From Eledone cirrhosa (Eukaryota), in the NCBI GenBank assembly GCA_964016885.1, contig OZ024751.1, positions 34,224,001 to 34,288,000 of the forward strand: 64,000 bases of DNA, in the 5' to 3' direction. Below, one piece after another: positions 16,015 through 30,624 of the stretch. The position numbers and the translations under genes are program-made. The first letter of the stretch is position 1. The number at the start of each line of letters is the position of its first letter. A model generated the notes under the pieces. The model worked only from the letters and a program-made list of their open reading frames with translations, ran no database searches and was not told the origin of the DNA.

Positions 16015-16159
16015 CCACGCAAGTGTTATTGTCAACATTGAAGCTGAATTGGATTAAATATATTATTTTAAAATGTCGGATATGCGAGAGGGGACCATAG
16101 CAAAATACAACCATACGTACACATCTCTCCCTCTCCCTCTATATAGACAGCACACACAC

Positions 16160-16227
<68 letters not shown>

Positions 16228-16332
16228 TAAAACTATTTTTGCAACAAACAAAATAATTATTTCAATAAATGCAATTTGGTTTGCTGTAGTAAGCAATTAC
16301 TGTGGAAATAAGATGTCTTTCTCTGTATTTAT

Positions 16333-16800
16333 GTAGTGCAGTGTGGTGGAGCGGAATGAAAGAGTGTGTGAAGTGGTGTGTAGTAGTGTGGAGTGTGGTG
16401 GAGTGGTGTGTAGTAGTGTGGTGGAGTGGTGTGTAGTAGTGTGGTGGAGTGGTGTGTAGTAGTGTGGAGTGTGGTGGAGTTGTGTGTTGTAGTGTGGAGT
16501 GTGATGGAGTGGTGTGTAGTAGTGTGGTGGAGGGGTGTGTAGTAGTGTGGAGTGGAGTGGAGTAGTGTGTAGTAGTGTGGAGTGTGGTGGAGTGGTGTGG
16601 AGTGTGGTGGAGTTGTGTGTAGTAGTGTGGAGTGTGATGGAGTGGTGTGTAGTAGTGTGGAGTGTGGTGGAGTGGTGTGTAGTAGTGTGGAGTGTGGTGT
16701 AGTGGTGTGGAGTGTGGTGTAGTGGTGTGGAGTGTGATGGAGTGGTGTGTAGTAGTGTGGAGTGCGGTGGAGTGGTGTGTAGTAGTGGTGGAGTGTAATG
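16333..16800. repeat. GT/GA-rich minisatellite (agtggtgtgtagtagtgtgg-type units)
   Basis: Direct reading. Confidence 0.9.
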
Positions 16801-17419
16801 TAGCGGTGTTTATATATATCTATCACTCTCTCTCCTACTTGTTTCTATCCCCATCTCTCTCTCCACCTCCCACCATCACTCTCTCCAACTTCCACCACCA
16901 CTCGATCCACCTGCCACCACCACTCTCTCCATCTTCTACCACCACTCTCTCCATCTCTTTCCACCTCTCTCCACCTCCCACCACCACTCTCTCCATGTCC
17001 CACCACCACTCTCTCCACCTCCCACCACCACTATCTACCTCCCACCACCACCACTCTCTCCCTCCTTCTCTGAACGTCTCTACAGAAATCCCAATCCTGT
17101 CAATAAACAATCATCTCACGTAATTCTCCAACAATTGTTGATTGGTTTACCTTTACATGATTTATTGTAGTAGAAGGGGGAGGATGAGAGGTATATTGAT
17201 ACAGTAGCGAGGGGGAGTGGGGAGGAGAGAGGGGCAGATAGTGAGGATAAGAGAGGGAGTGAGGAGGAGAGAGGGTGATGGAATGAGGATGAGATATATA
17301 TTGATATAGTAGAGGGGGAGTGAGATGGACTATAGAAAGGTAGAGAGAGAGAAACACAGCTAATACAGATACCATTATTATTATTAGTCTCTTCGGACGT
17401 TTTTTTGCTCGCTTCCGGT

Positions 17420-18840
17420 ATCTTAGATGCACGCTGGGATTATGTGGGGCTAGTAGACAGGGCAGGAGCGTGTAAAAAGCCTCAACAACCTGCTCAGACG
17501 TTTTGAACTGTCTGACAATATAGACTGGATTATCCGAATGTGCCAATGTGGACATGGGCAAACCACATCGGGTCATCCAGATCGTATTTAGATAGGGTAT
17601 TCTGTAGGGAAACAGATAAGGCTATTGTAGGTTGACCACAATTTAAAGTAGTCGACTACACGGACCACAAGTTTGTGATTTGTGAAGTTGACTTAGATAG
17701 ACTCCATAGGCAAGGGCCTGGTTACTGGAAGCTGAACGCGTCGTTCCCAGCGCGCAAAGCTTACAGAGACTGGATTAGCGAATTAGTTAAGCGTGCGTTG
17801 ATGGGTGCGATCGTCAACAACAGGTGGTGGTTTACCTTGAAAAGGGCTATTAGAGTAGAATCGATAATGTTTAGCAAAGGAGTAGTGATAGAGGAAAATA
17901 GAGTAGAGGGAGAGTTAGTTAGAAAGCTAGAAGAGGCGTTTAGGACAGGCATCGCAACCGACGTGCTTGCGGCCAGATTGGCACTCGAGCAATTCTTCAA
18001 CGCAAAGCATGAAGGCTGCGTTGTCAGAGCTAGAGCGCGTGGTCTAAGATACGAGGGGGCGAAAGCCGTTCAATGGACCCGGGTGGTGGAGGCGCGACGT
18101 GGAAACAAGTCCACAATTCGGTCTTTGCCTGATCAAAACGGGTGCATGTTGCTCGAACACGAGCAGATGTGTGCGTCTTTTCAACACCATTTTGCTCAAT
18201 TGTTCGGGAGCGGCGGCGGGCCGGATCGGAGTATGGACTTCGGTGCAACCTCCATCTCATGCGATACATCATAGAGAGGGTGGTTAAGGAACCTGGCACG
18301 GGTGGGGCCCTGATCAACTTGGATCAATCAAAAGCATTTGATATGGTCGACCATTGGTACCTGACTGCGGTCCTCGAGGCGACCGGCTTCGGGCCGTTTT
18401 TAGGGGCTGAATTGCTGCGATGCACAACATCTGCTCGATTGTAAGAGTGAATAGTCACCTGTCGCAGCCGTTCAGAATCATGCGCTCGGTCCGCCAGGGT
18501 TGCCCCCTCTTGTACGTACTGGCTCTCGAGCCGTTACTGCACAAATTGGAGACGATGATGTGGGGTCCCACGCGAACTGGGATTTTGGAGATCCGTGTCA
18601 CCTTACGCCGACGATGTCACAGTGGTGGTGTCGAGCACCAAACACGTCCAGCTGCTCGGCACCGCTCTCAAGGAATACGAAGTGGTGACAGGAGCAATTT
18701 TTTTTGTTGTTGTTTTCTATCCCGATTTCTACCTTGTTATAACCTGTTTACACGACCAAAACCCACTTTGTATCGTCCTGTTCTGTTCTGTGCCGTCTGT
18801 AATGTTTTTCTTCATGTTAGCCCTTGTGGCCAATGAAGAA
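17420..18840 (+). mobile_element. Decayed L1/Tx1-clade LINE ORF2 (APE endonuclease end plus partial reverse transcriptase) with probable 3'UTR
   Basis: Endonuclease motifs WTWAN..SSRSYLDRVF and YTDHKF; GPGYWKLN; RT motifs LINLDQSKAFDMVDH, SVRQGCPL, LYVLALEPLL and YADDVTV. Contains stops, frameshifts and internal deletions near 18240 and 18700; ends gcccttgtggccaatgaagaaa. Confidence 0.93.
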
Positions 18841-18843
18841 ACC

Positions 18844-19080
18844 AGTACCAGTAATGCACTGGGTAATTGCTGGCCTTGTGCCTAACGTAGAAACAATTAT
18901 TATTATTATTACGCCATGCTTTGACGTATAGAGTTACGGCCCTTGCCATTCTAAGTTCAAATCCCGCCGAGGTTAACTTTGCCTTTCATCCTTACGGGGT
19001 CGATAAAATATAGTACCAGTAATGCACTGGGTAATTGCTGGCCTTGTGCCAAAGTAGAAACAATTATTATTATTATTATT
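18844..19080 (+). mobile_element. Two tandem 5'-truncated SINE family A copies
   Basis: Tail-only copy at 18844-18910 and a longer copy at 18912-19080 with gttcaaatcccgccgagg...cctttcatccttacggggtcgataaaa. Confidence 0.9.
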
Positions 19081-19219
19081 ATCATCATCAATAGTAGTTG
19101 TAGTATAGGTAGATAGAGTAATACCACTCATTACAATATGTCGAATCATCAGCGACCCACAGCAGACAGACGAAGAGCAGAAATTGTCCTTATGTTTCTA
19201 TTCCTCTTATCGTTTTCTA

Positions 19220-19262
<43 letters not shown>

Positions 19263-19308
19263 TAGATAGATAAATATACACGGGTGTGTATGATTGTGTA
19301 TAGAAGAT

Positions 19309-19691
19309 TATATTAATAAAAGGAATTCCAACTTTGTCTGATTTACTCGTTTTATTTACAATCCTTTAAAATTTATAATGGTATTATAATGAAATAGTAT
19401 GATAGAATATTAAATGTTAAGTGTTAATTAAACAAGTACTTTCATGCTTTCGCAATCTTCAGGTTCATAATGCGTGGTGACAGTCAAGTTTGCAATTTTC
19501 AACAGTTGAAAATTGCAAACTTGACTGTCACCACGCATTATGAACCTGAAGATTGCGAAAGCATGAAAGTACTTGTTTAATTAACACTTAACATTTAATA
19601 TTCTATCATACTATTTCATTATAATACCATTATAAATTTTAAAGGATTGTAAATAAAATGAGTAAATCAGACAAAGTTGGAACTCCTTTTA

Positions 19692-19699
<8 letters not shown>
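19309..19699. mobile_element. Fold-back palindrome 1 (195-bp arms), putative Penelope-like 3'-end remnant
   Basis: Arms are reverse-complementary around 19504 with 2 mismatches; right end abuts (TA)n; each arm carries a hammerhead. Confidence 0.85.
19541..19579 (+). ncRNA. Minimal type-I hammerhead ribozyme (mirror copy on minus strand at 19429-19467)
   Basis: UGAAC-CUGAAGA-U-UGC-GAAA-GCA-U-GAA-AGUACU-U-GUUUA: stem I 5 bp, intact core, stem II with GAAA tetraloop, palindromic stem III; predicted cleavage after 19574. Confidence 0.8.
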
Positions 19700-19772
<73 letters not shown>

Positions 19773-20765
19773 CGGGTAAAATATATATATGTTCTCAAAA
19801 CGTTTCTCCGTTGATGCCATCCCTTAAATGTTACGCAACTCTATCTGGTGTAAAATAGTATTTCCTGTCTATTAAGACGATGACAATTTTATCTGTTCAG
19901 TGAATTTTTATTAATTCAACACAGATACACAACACAGTGAACGGTTGATAAATCTGGTTTAATAGTTATTTCCTATGAAATATTTTATTTCAACACCTGA
20001 GTGCAAAAGTTTTGATATATCTCATATGTAGGTCGAGTCATTAATTACTGGTATATTTCACTACTCAAGTGAGAAGTCATTCTAACAAATTCGAAAATGT
20101 ATTTAAATAATTTTTGGGCTCTCATATATTTTACTGGAATCTATTTTGGTAAGTCAGAACTTTAAGAGGTTGCTATGAAACAGAGGGTAACCTTGTAAGT
20201 ATTCCAGATGAAATATTTTAACATTGTTCAATGTCTTGGAATTCTCAATTATCTATAGCTGATATCGCCTTGTCTCATTAATGTGTCGTTTGCTTTATTC
20301 TCTGATATTCAATGTTCTCTTATACTCCGTCGTATTGCCATTACTTCCAACATACATGCTTTTTAATAACTAATGGTTCTCGGCGCTAATTTGTATAACG
20401 CTGTCTTCATATATTCTGTCTTCACGTTGTTCAGTATCACTTTAGTAATACAATCCATGTTAATGGAACTTACTTCCACCTGGTATATTGAGGTTTTAGT
20501 AAAGTTTAGCAAAACAGCCAATTAATCTAACATGAGCTGTCACTTCTCTTTCTACTATAGTGTCTTTCACACAATATAGATCACTTCGAAACAGTGTTTA
20601 TTAACAACACTCCTATAATACTGCGACAAGTTCTCTAATGCCAGTGCCCGTCAAACCGAAGGAACATGGTTTCGACATTTAACGACTGTACGGCTGCTCC
20701 ATTCCTCCTCGTAATAAAACAGTTAACCTCACTCCTTTAGTTTCTTTTTCATATATATATATACA

Positions 20766-20846
<81 letters not shown>

Positions 20847-20988
20847 AAATAAATATTATTTTAATCACATTATACCATAAATCATATCAAATATGCTTAA
20901 TACAGGCTAAAATCGACATACGTCACACCCAACGATGCTGCGCAATAAAAACATATCTTAGTTGAATGTTTAACATAAGAGAATATGA

Positions 20989-21026
20989 GCCTTAAAGTGT
21001 CGGACGCTAGGCCTTCGTCGGAAGAT
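20989..21026 (-). ncRNA. Degenerate hammerhead-like motif
   Basis: Minus strand CUU-CCGACGA-AGGCCUAGCGUCC-GACA-CUUU-AAGG; core and GAAA are both mutated. Confidence 0.3.
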
Positions 21027-21515
21027 AGTATGAGAAATAAAAGAAATAGAAAGATAGAGCGATAGATGAAGAAAAAATATTATGAAGAAAAAGCATGTGC
21101 GTGTTCAAAATATATACTTATATAAATATATGTATTTAATATATACAAGTATATATATATATGTGTATGTATATAATCATTTTTGAAAGGAAATGTTTAA
21201 GTTTGAAAACTACGGCAACCTGTTTGCAGAAGGATAAAACAGTTTCTAAAATACATAATTATTATATTGCATGCGATTGGAAATGTTCGATTGTGAAAGT
21301 AATGATACACATACCAATAAAATATACACAGGCAAACACACGCATACACACACTTGCATATATATATACATACATACACACACATCATAAATCATGTAGG
21401 TTTCACGTGAGTGTATTAATTTTACTCTTCAATGTCATTGCAGATATACATACGCATAAACGTTCACAACACGTTAAGTACACATTCACACACGTACACA
21501 TGCACAGTTGAACTT

Positions 21516-21576
<61 letters not shown>

Positions 21577-21666
21577 TACACATATATAATAATCTGTTAA
21601 CATTTTTGCATATATGTTGAAAGGTTATTGCGCATATATATACGTTAAATATATCTTCATCACATG

Positions 21667-21758
<92 letters not shown>

Positions 21759-22016
21759 ATACACACACACAGGCACAGTAAAATACAACCCTACATCATA
21801 TATACATACATATATATATATACATGTTTGATATCGCCTCAAGAATATTGGACGATGTTAAAAGCAGGATGTTTACGATGTTTCGAATATCTTTTATTAT
21901 TTTTTGTATTAATTTTAAGCTTTTTACTCAAAACATATCATATGTAGGTATGTACACATATATACATACATATATATATATATCCATATATATATATATA
22001 CATATACATATATACG

Positions 22017-22061
<45 letters not shown>

Positions 22062-22205
22062 GTAAATATACATATACATATATATATATAACGTAAATAT
22101 ACATATATATATATACGTAAATATACATATATATATATATATAAATATACATATATATATATGTATAAATATACATATATACATATATATATGTATATGT
22201 ACTTG

Positions 22206-22274
<69 letters not shown>

Positions 22275-22539
22275 GATGTATGAGTGTTGGTTAATGCAAA
22301 ACGAAGTGGAATGCACGCCTAACTTGTGATATTATCCTTTTAGAATACCCTAAATGCAATGTTTTCCAAAGATTAGGGCGATCATTAGATGCCATAGAAT
22401 AGTTTGATGTTACGTGATGCATTCCCAGCCCAGAGAGATTCTCTTAGATTTCCTTCATTCCTCCACATTAGAACACCAAACATAAATCCACCATTTTAAT
22501 TTATCATCACGTATAAGTGATATGTGAATATATAGGCAC

Positions 22540-22641
<102 letters not shown>

Positions 22642-22862
22642 ATCTTGTATGTATGCATAACGATAAAGATTGTAGATTGGCCAACATATCTTCACATCGG
22701 TTCCTTTTTCCTGCAGACACACATACACACACCAATATATATGTGTGTGTTTGTTTGTATGTGTACTTGTGTCTATATATATAAATATGTGCTAATGTAC
22801 ATATATGTCTATGCATATTTAACATTAATATCCATATTTATATCCATAAAATACCTCAGTGT

Positions 22863-22912
<50 letters not shown>

Positions 22913-23487
22913 CACATGACTGGATAGATGAATGGAACATTGAAATTCTATCTGTATGTATGTATGTATATATATCTTCTAAATTATAGAATAAAGTCGT
23001 TTACACATTGCCATAACACGCATTTATACATTTTTCTTTGAATTCAGGATAGCTCCATGGTTATGTATGTGTTCGAGTATGATAGGATCTAGATTTCATT
23101 GAGAATTTCAGCGCAGGCACCTGCACATATATGTAGGTGCCTGCACATATATGTTGGTGCCTGCGTTTATGTATCTGTGTGTGTGTGTGTGTATATATAT
23201 ATCTACTTACCTATCTATCTCTCTCTCTATATATATATATATGTATATACTCCTATATAATCAGTTTAAGGACAACATTCTGTACTCACCCACTGAAGGC
23301 CATCCCAACCATACAATAAATGCTAACAGAAAAAGAAGTATTACCTGGTTCGCATTCCCCCTTTTCTCTTAAGGTAAAGACTAATATAAAGTAAGAAGCC
23401 ATATATGATATCATTTATATCCACGAAACAGGAACAAAAACGCACGCCATCTAATGTTACAGTACTGACCATATCACCACATTGTAA

Positions 23488-23516
23488 GACGTTTCAACAT
23501 TGTGACCTATCTTCAG
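23488..23516 (-). ncRNA. Hammerhead-like core abutting (TA)n
   Basis: Minus strand CUGAAGA-UAGGUCACAAUGUU-GAA-ACGU-C; core intact, stem II weak, stem I not recoverable. Confidence 0.45.
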
Positions 23517-23518
23517 AC

Positions 23519-23574
<56 letters not shown>

Positions 23575-23902
23575 GAGAGAGAGAGAGGGGGGGGGGGGAT
23601 AGTTACATAATCATCTTACACTACTAATCGATGACAGTGATTGAGAGATCGATGCACACACAGAGATCAGTGAGCCAGTTTTACAGCAGTTGTAGGATTT
23701 CTTTTCTGGACTTCGTCGGTCAATAGCAGACACATGCAATAATTGCTGAAGCTAATTTAAAGAGAAATTTGGTTGGCATGTAAACTACATATACATAAAC
23801 ACACACATAGATTCAGACACACTCACACATACAGTCACGCACACAACAGAGAGATGGAGAGGGAGAGAGAGAGAGACAGAGAGAAAAACACATGCATATA
23901 TA

Positions 23903-23962
<60 letters not shown>

Positions 23963-24591
23963 CTATATATATTTAGATAGTAATGCGCACACACATTTGT
24001 ATGCACGTATACATACACTCATGCACACACACACACAAACACACACATGCGTGCAGAATCTTTACAAATCAAAACTTTTACAACATATACTACTACAACA
24101 CTTTCGTCGTTGTAATCAACAGGTGAGGCGTAACAAGTCTTTGACAGGTGACAACTTCAAAATATCAATAAATTTGTATGTTCACACTTTCTACTATTTC
24201 TCATTTAACCATTCACAATGTTTTCTGTTTTTTTTTATTCTATTTTTTATTTTTATTTTTTGGGGTTCTAGTTCTTTATTACTTTGCTGCAAACCCGACA
24301 TTTTTAGTGTGTGTGTGTGTGTGTCTGGGTGTGTGTGTGTGTTTGTCTGTGTGTGTGTGTGTGGGTGTGGGTATGTGTGTGTGTGTGTGTCTGTGCGTGT
24401 GTGTGTGTGAGAGAGAGAGAGAATGTATGTGTATATATAAAGAACTTTGGAATAAATGGCTTGAATATCTCTCATCGCTTGGTAAACACCATTCATACAG
24501 AGAGACTGAACCACATAAACATTCCTTTTTCTTTACCAAGAAACGTGAACTTAATAAATCTTTGTGATTGTATCCTTGGATTGTCTTTCTC

Positions 24592-24646
<55 letters not shown>

Positions 24647-25088
24647 TGACTCATCTGATGTGATGAGGCAGTGGTGAGTGATTGTCAAAGTTAGAGCTCC
24701 AGACCCTCTTTGACCATTGTATCACACAGATACCTTCCTATATTATCTCTTTCCGTCCCTATACTTGACCAAGGTGATATGGGGCCGGCCAACTGGTTTA
24801 TTTGTCTCCGGTGTAATCGTACTGGAGTAATCGTAGTATAGGTTGTTTATACCTCCACACACATTTATGAGCAGACATAAAATCATTATTTTAACAGTCG
24901 TGCAAAATATAGTTATTCTGAGTGCAGAACTATATAGAGGGGTCAGTGTGGGTTGTTTAGGGTATAAATGGAGTTTAATTCTGATGCTATGGTCTCACTC
25001 CTTGAGTGCAGGGAGATAATAATTGCATTTCCAGTTTTCCCTGTTATATTTTATTTCGGGGTCTGTGTAGATGGGTTTATATAGTCAA

Positions 25089-25135
<47 letters not shown>

Positions 25136-25583
25136 TGTGCGGGCGAGAGAGAATGGGGTATTCTATCGATTGGAATTTCATCTAGAACATTAACCTTTAT
25201 ATTTTATGTTTAACCACATGGTTAGTTGACGTTCAACTTGTGTGGCTTTTTCTAACAAATTTTCAAAATTCGATCAATGTTCTGGTCGTTACCATCCCGT
25301 TTCCGGCAAATTATGTCCTCGACTTAATTATTCGCCATATTTAAACACATCTTAAGTTAGTAAAGAGAAGTTTAAGGTTGAATTGGCTACGATTTCTGCG
25401 ACCATCTAGAGGCCCAGTCATTGGCGCAAGAAAGAACGTCAGAAATAATTGCCTCCAACATTCAGTTTGTCTCCTCAACCAAATAATTTCATCAGATTTT
25501 CCTGCTTTCTGCCATATTAAAATGGTAGAATGTTCTCATAGAATATATTACATACAGAAGGAACATCATGTAGTCTGACACAG

Positions 25584-25692
<109 letters not shown>

Positions 25693-26064
25693 TTATTTCT
25701 CTCTCACTGTATCTCACACACATGCTTATACTAGAACAGATACTGCACACACACACACATACAAACACACTAACACGAGTGCAAAATTCACTCACAAATA
25801 CACACATATAGACAAATATTCACACGTATCCACACAAACATAAATAAACACACAAATACACACATACAAATATTTACACACATCCATACAAATATAGATA
25901 AACACGCACACAAACACACACAAATACACACATATACACAGAATTATAGACAAATACCGACATACACAGAATTATAGACAAACTCATAGGTAGCCTATTA
26001 CATTTCATGATCCAGTGTATAGTTGGATATAATTGTTAATAATCGAGGTATTTATATACATATG

Positions 26065-26145
<81 letters not shown>

Positions 26146-26351
26146 CACAACATAAATGGTATATATATATAAGTATTCTTTACCTTGAAATGCATCTCTA
26201 TCATTAGACTAAATGGTAGAGTGTAGAATGGCTGATAGAATATGAATGACGTTCAACACACGTTAAATCACATCTCATGAAACGGTCATAAGTCATTTCC
26301 GACATGTTTTTATATCTTTATACATATTTTCACATCTTTATTCCGCTAATA

Positions 26352-26391
<40 letters not shown>

Positions 26392-26449
26392 TTATATATC
26401 TTACGCTCTGTTGATCACATCAATACACATGCGCGCAAACGCACATGTA

Positions 26450-26481
<32 letters not shown>

Positions 26482-26681
26482 GTTACCAAGTGATGAGTTG
26501 AACTAGCCAAGGAATGTGTGTGTGTGTGTGTGTGTCTGTTTATGTGAGCGTGTGTGTTTATGTGAGTCTGTGTGTGTGTTTTGTAACAATATATATTTGA
26601 TCATTCGTATATACACACATGAAAACTTATGCGTTCGCATTTACAGAAATACGTATTAAATAATATATATATATATATATA

Positions 26682-26919
26682 ATACTTTACCTACACACAT
26701 ACATACGTACATACACACTTATACATATATACATACATACGTCATATATCTGGTCGAGTGTGTATGTACGTATATATAATATACATATGTATATATATAC
26801 ATACTTTACCTACACACATACATACCTACATACACACTTATACATATATACATACATACGTCATATATCTGGTCGAGTGTGTATGTACGTATATATAATA
26901 TACATATGTATATATATAT
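26682..26919. repeat. 119-bp tandem duplication
   Basis: atactttacctacacac...gtcatatatctggtcgagtgtgtatgtacg starts at 26682 and 26801. Confidence 0.9.
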
Positions 26920-27152
26920 ATGCAACTATTGCGTTATTGTATATAATTGTGTGGGTGTGTGTAAACACACACCCACACAATTATACAATAGTTGCAGGTA
27001 TAGACACACTTCTATGTGTTATATATATATATATATATATGTGTGTGAGAGTGTATATAATGTATAGCATGGTGTATGTACTCACGTAGCTGTTATTGTG
27101 ATATAGTCTACGTTGGATTCAACCATATAAACATTCATCCGGGCAAATGTAA

Positions 27153-27191
<39 letters not shown>

Positions 27192-27255
27192 TACACACAT
27201 ACATACATAGTTACACAGCTACAGAAACACATACACATGTATATATACATATATG

Positions 27256-27322
<67 letters not shown>

Positions 27323-27377
27323 GTATATATATGTATATATATATATATATGTGTATATATATATATGTATATATATG

Positions 27378-27414
<37 letters not shown>

Positions 27415-27425
27415 GTATATATATG

Positions 27426-27456
<31 letters not shown>

Positions 27457-27647
27457 GTATATATATGTATATATATATGTGTATATATATATATGTATAT
27501 ATATATATGTATATATATATATGTATGTATATATATATATGTATATATATGTAATGTATATATATATATATATGTATGTATATATATATATGTATATATA
27601 TGTAATGTATATATATATATATATGTATATATATGTATATATATATG

Positions 27648-27700
<53 letters not shown>

Positions 27701-27701
27701 G

Positions 27702-27749
<48 letters not shown>

Positions 27750-27882
27750 TAAATGTGTATGTGTGTATGATAGCTTTATTCTTATATAAGTTATCGACTG
27801 TGTTATATTTGTTCTTCATTTTTAACCATCGTACATTGAGCGTGAAATACCGTTTATTTATCTCTCTATATCTAACTATGCT

Positions 27883-28002
27883 GCTATGGTTGTATGTGTG
27901 TGAGTGGGGGGTATGGCTATGGTTGTATGTGTGTGAGTGGGGGGTATGGCTATGGTTGTATGTGTGTGAGTGGGGGGTATGGCTGTGGTTGTATGTGTGT
28001 GT
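27883..28002. repeat. 33-bp minisatellite x3.6
   Basis: Unit gctatggttgtatgtgtgtgagtggggggtatg. Confidence 0.92.
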
Positions 28003-28671
28003 GGATGTCAGTTTGTGTGTAGATGTGTGTGGCGTTCGTTTCTATGGGTGTATATAATATGTTTCTGTGTAGGTGTATGTGGTTGGCTAGTTGTATATAT
28101 GGATGCGTGTGTGTATGTCTGTTTGTTTGAATGTATGTTTGTATGTGTGTTTATGTGTGTATGTATGTGTGTGTATATGTGTATATATATATGTGTGTGT
28201 GTGTGTGAGAGAGTTTCTTTATCTCTCCCAGATATTGAAAAGTTCAAGCTTGGTCAGTCAGTGTCAGCTGAGTGTATGGATGAATAAACATGCTCGGATG
28301 TGTAAAGAACGAAACGAAAATAAATACATACCAACAATTACAAAACGAATGAACCACGACAATAACAACAACAATAATAATATTATTATATACCCACAAC
28401 ACAGACCATCGAACGGCGTCCTTATACGGTCCATTGATTTGCTAGAAATGGCAACCAAAATATCCCTCAAATCACAAACTACCACCTTATATAAAGTTAT
28501 CCTTATTTGAGAATTTCTTGTCTAATTCTGAAAATCTGGGATTGCCACGGCTGGAGTGTTTTATATCCTAGGTCTGTTCTAGTAGTATTGATTTGGTAAC
28601 ATAAGGAAAATAACAGCAACAAGTACCTACAAGACCAATAAAACTAGCAATACTATATGAATAACAATATT

Positions 28672-28885
28672 GATTTCTACTATTAGCACAAGGCCAGCAA
28701 TTTGAAGGGGAGAAGAAAGACGATTAAATTGACCCCAGTGCATTACTGGTACTTTATTTTATTGACCCTGTAAGGATAAAAAACAAAGCTAACTTCAGCG
28801 GGATTTGAACTCAGAACGTAAGGAACCATAACTCTATGCCGTAAATCATGTTTTCCGGCACTCTACCGATACTGACGGTTTCGCT
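28672..28885 (-). mobile_element. SINE family A, near full length
   Basis: Reverse complement of the family motifs: ttctac...gcacaaggccagcaattt, ctggtactttatttt, gcgggatttgaactcagaac, ctctaccgatact. Confidence 0.9.
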
Positions 28886-29060
28886 ATTAATAAAAAGTAA
28901 CGGTTTTTAGTTTAGACAAAGTCAACAATCTTGACTCTAATATTTGACGAAGAATCATCGGAAATTGAACTTAGAAAATTTAGAGCTGGGACAAATACTG
29001 GAAACTATATTGTCTGTCGCTCTAACGATTATTAAAGTCCAGAACATTAATGAAAATAAC

Positions 29061-29254
29061 CTCAGCAATTTCGGTTGGGATAAATAAAAGTCTATTATAT
29101 AAGTCCCCCAGTATTTGTCTGGTAATTTTATCGATCCCAGAAATATGAAAGTCAAAGTTGATCTCGGTAAGATTTGAACTCAGGAATTATAAAGCTGGAA
29201 ACCAATATCGCAACACAGTTATTTCGTTGGTCGCTCTACCAATTCTTTTAATCC
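29061..29254 (-). mobile_element. SINE family A, diverged
   Basis: ctggtaattttatcgatccc...atgaaagtcaaagttgatctcggtaagatttgaactcag. Confidence 0.8.
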
Positions 29255-29509
29255 ACAACATTAATGAATATTATGCTAATGTAATGCTAACAATAGTAAC
29301 AAGTATCAGTATCACTATGGTGACAATGACAAGTAATTTCAGGCGATAATAAGCAATGTAATAGAAAAAGGCAAAGATCAGTAGAATTATTAAATCGTCC
29401 ATTGGGGATTAAATCAGAGTTGAAATATTCTGTAAACACTCACACATTGGAAAATAATTGAGAATAAACATTTATATTGACGCTATTACTGCAGTTTTGA
29501 TACGCTCTG

Positions 29510-29978
29510 TTTGGTGTGGTGTGGTGTGGTGTAGTGTGGTGTAGTGTGGTGTGGTGTGGTGTAGTGTGGTGTGGTGTGGTGTGGTGTAGTGTGGTGTGGT
29601 GTGGTGTTGTGTAGTGTGGTGTGGTGTTGTGTGGTGTGGTGTGGTGCAGTGTGGTGTAGTGTGGTGTGGTGTGGTGTGGTGTGGTGTGGTGTAGTGTGGT
29701 GTGGTGTGGTGTAGTGTGGTGTGGTGTGGTGTTGTGTGGTGTGGTGTAGTGTGATGTGGTGTTGTGTGGTGTGGTGCAGTGTGGTGTTGTGTTGTGTTGT
29801 GTGGTGTGGTGTGGTGTGGTGTGGTGTAGTGTGGTGTGGTGTGGTGTGGTGTAGTGTGGTTTGGTGTAGTCTGGTGTGGTGTGGTGTGGTGTGGTGTAGT
29901 CTGGTGTGGTGTGGTGTAGTGTAGTGTGGTGTGGTGTAGTCTGGTGTGGTGTGGTGTAGTATGGTATGTTGTGGTGTG
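29510..29978. repeat. (GTGTG/GTAGT)n pentanucleotide repeat
   Basis: Direct reading. Confidence 0.95.
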
Positions 29979-30081
29979 ATTGTATGTACATGTGTGGTTG
30001 TCTTTGTGTCAGAGTATGTATCATTGTGTATGCGTATGTTCGTATATATTACATATACGCACATATCAAAATATATGTGTG

Positions 30082-30195
<114 letters not shown>

Positions 30196-30559
30196 GAGAG
30201 AGAAAGAAAGATATTATATATTGGTGTTGATGGAGATCATGTTGATGAACGTGTCCACATATCGCAAAATATATTAGTACCAGCAATTGCAGATAACAGT
30301 GAAGCATGTGATGGACTTGCTTACCATCCAGAAGAGTGAAAGAGACCAGGGTATGTTATAGCTTGAAGAGACTCTGGTCTGGGGAGAGGCTTCAAGTTTA
30401 TAAACATATTAACATAGGTTCCTCTGTACAGATCATAACCACCGATCAGGGATAATGTGATAGGCAGATAAACAGGGGGAAAATAGCTATTTACTAGAGA
30501 GAATATATGTCTGATATAAACATATATACAATATATGTATATATTTGTATTGAAATATT

Positions 30560-30624
<65 letters not shown>

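Noticed and set aside
20230-20640. Very decayed C-terminus of a restriction-like-endonuclease LINE on the minus strand
   Set aside because: Only a vague ACMLEVMAIRRSI resemblance amid stop codons; needs a profile search
25396-25415. Second CTCF-like motif on the minus strand
   Set aside because: Several core mismatches
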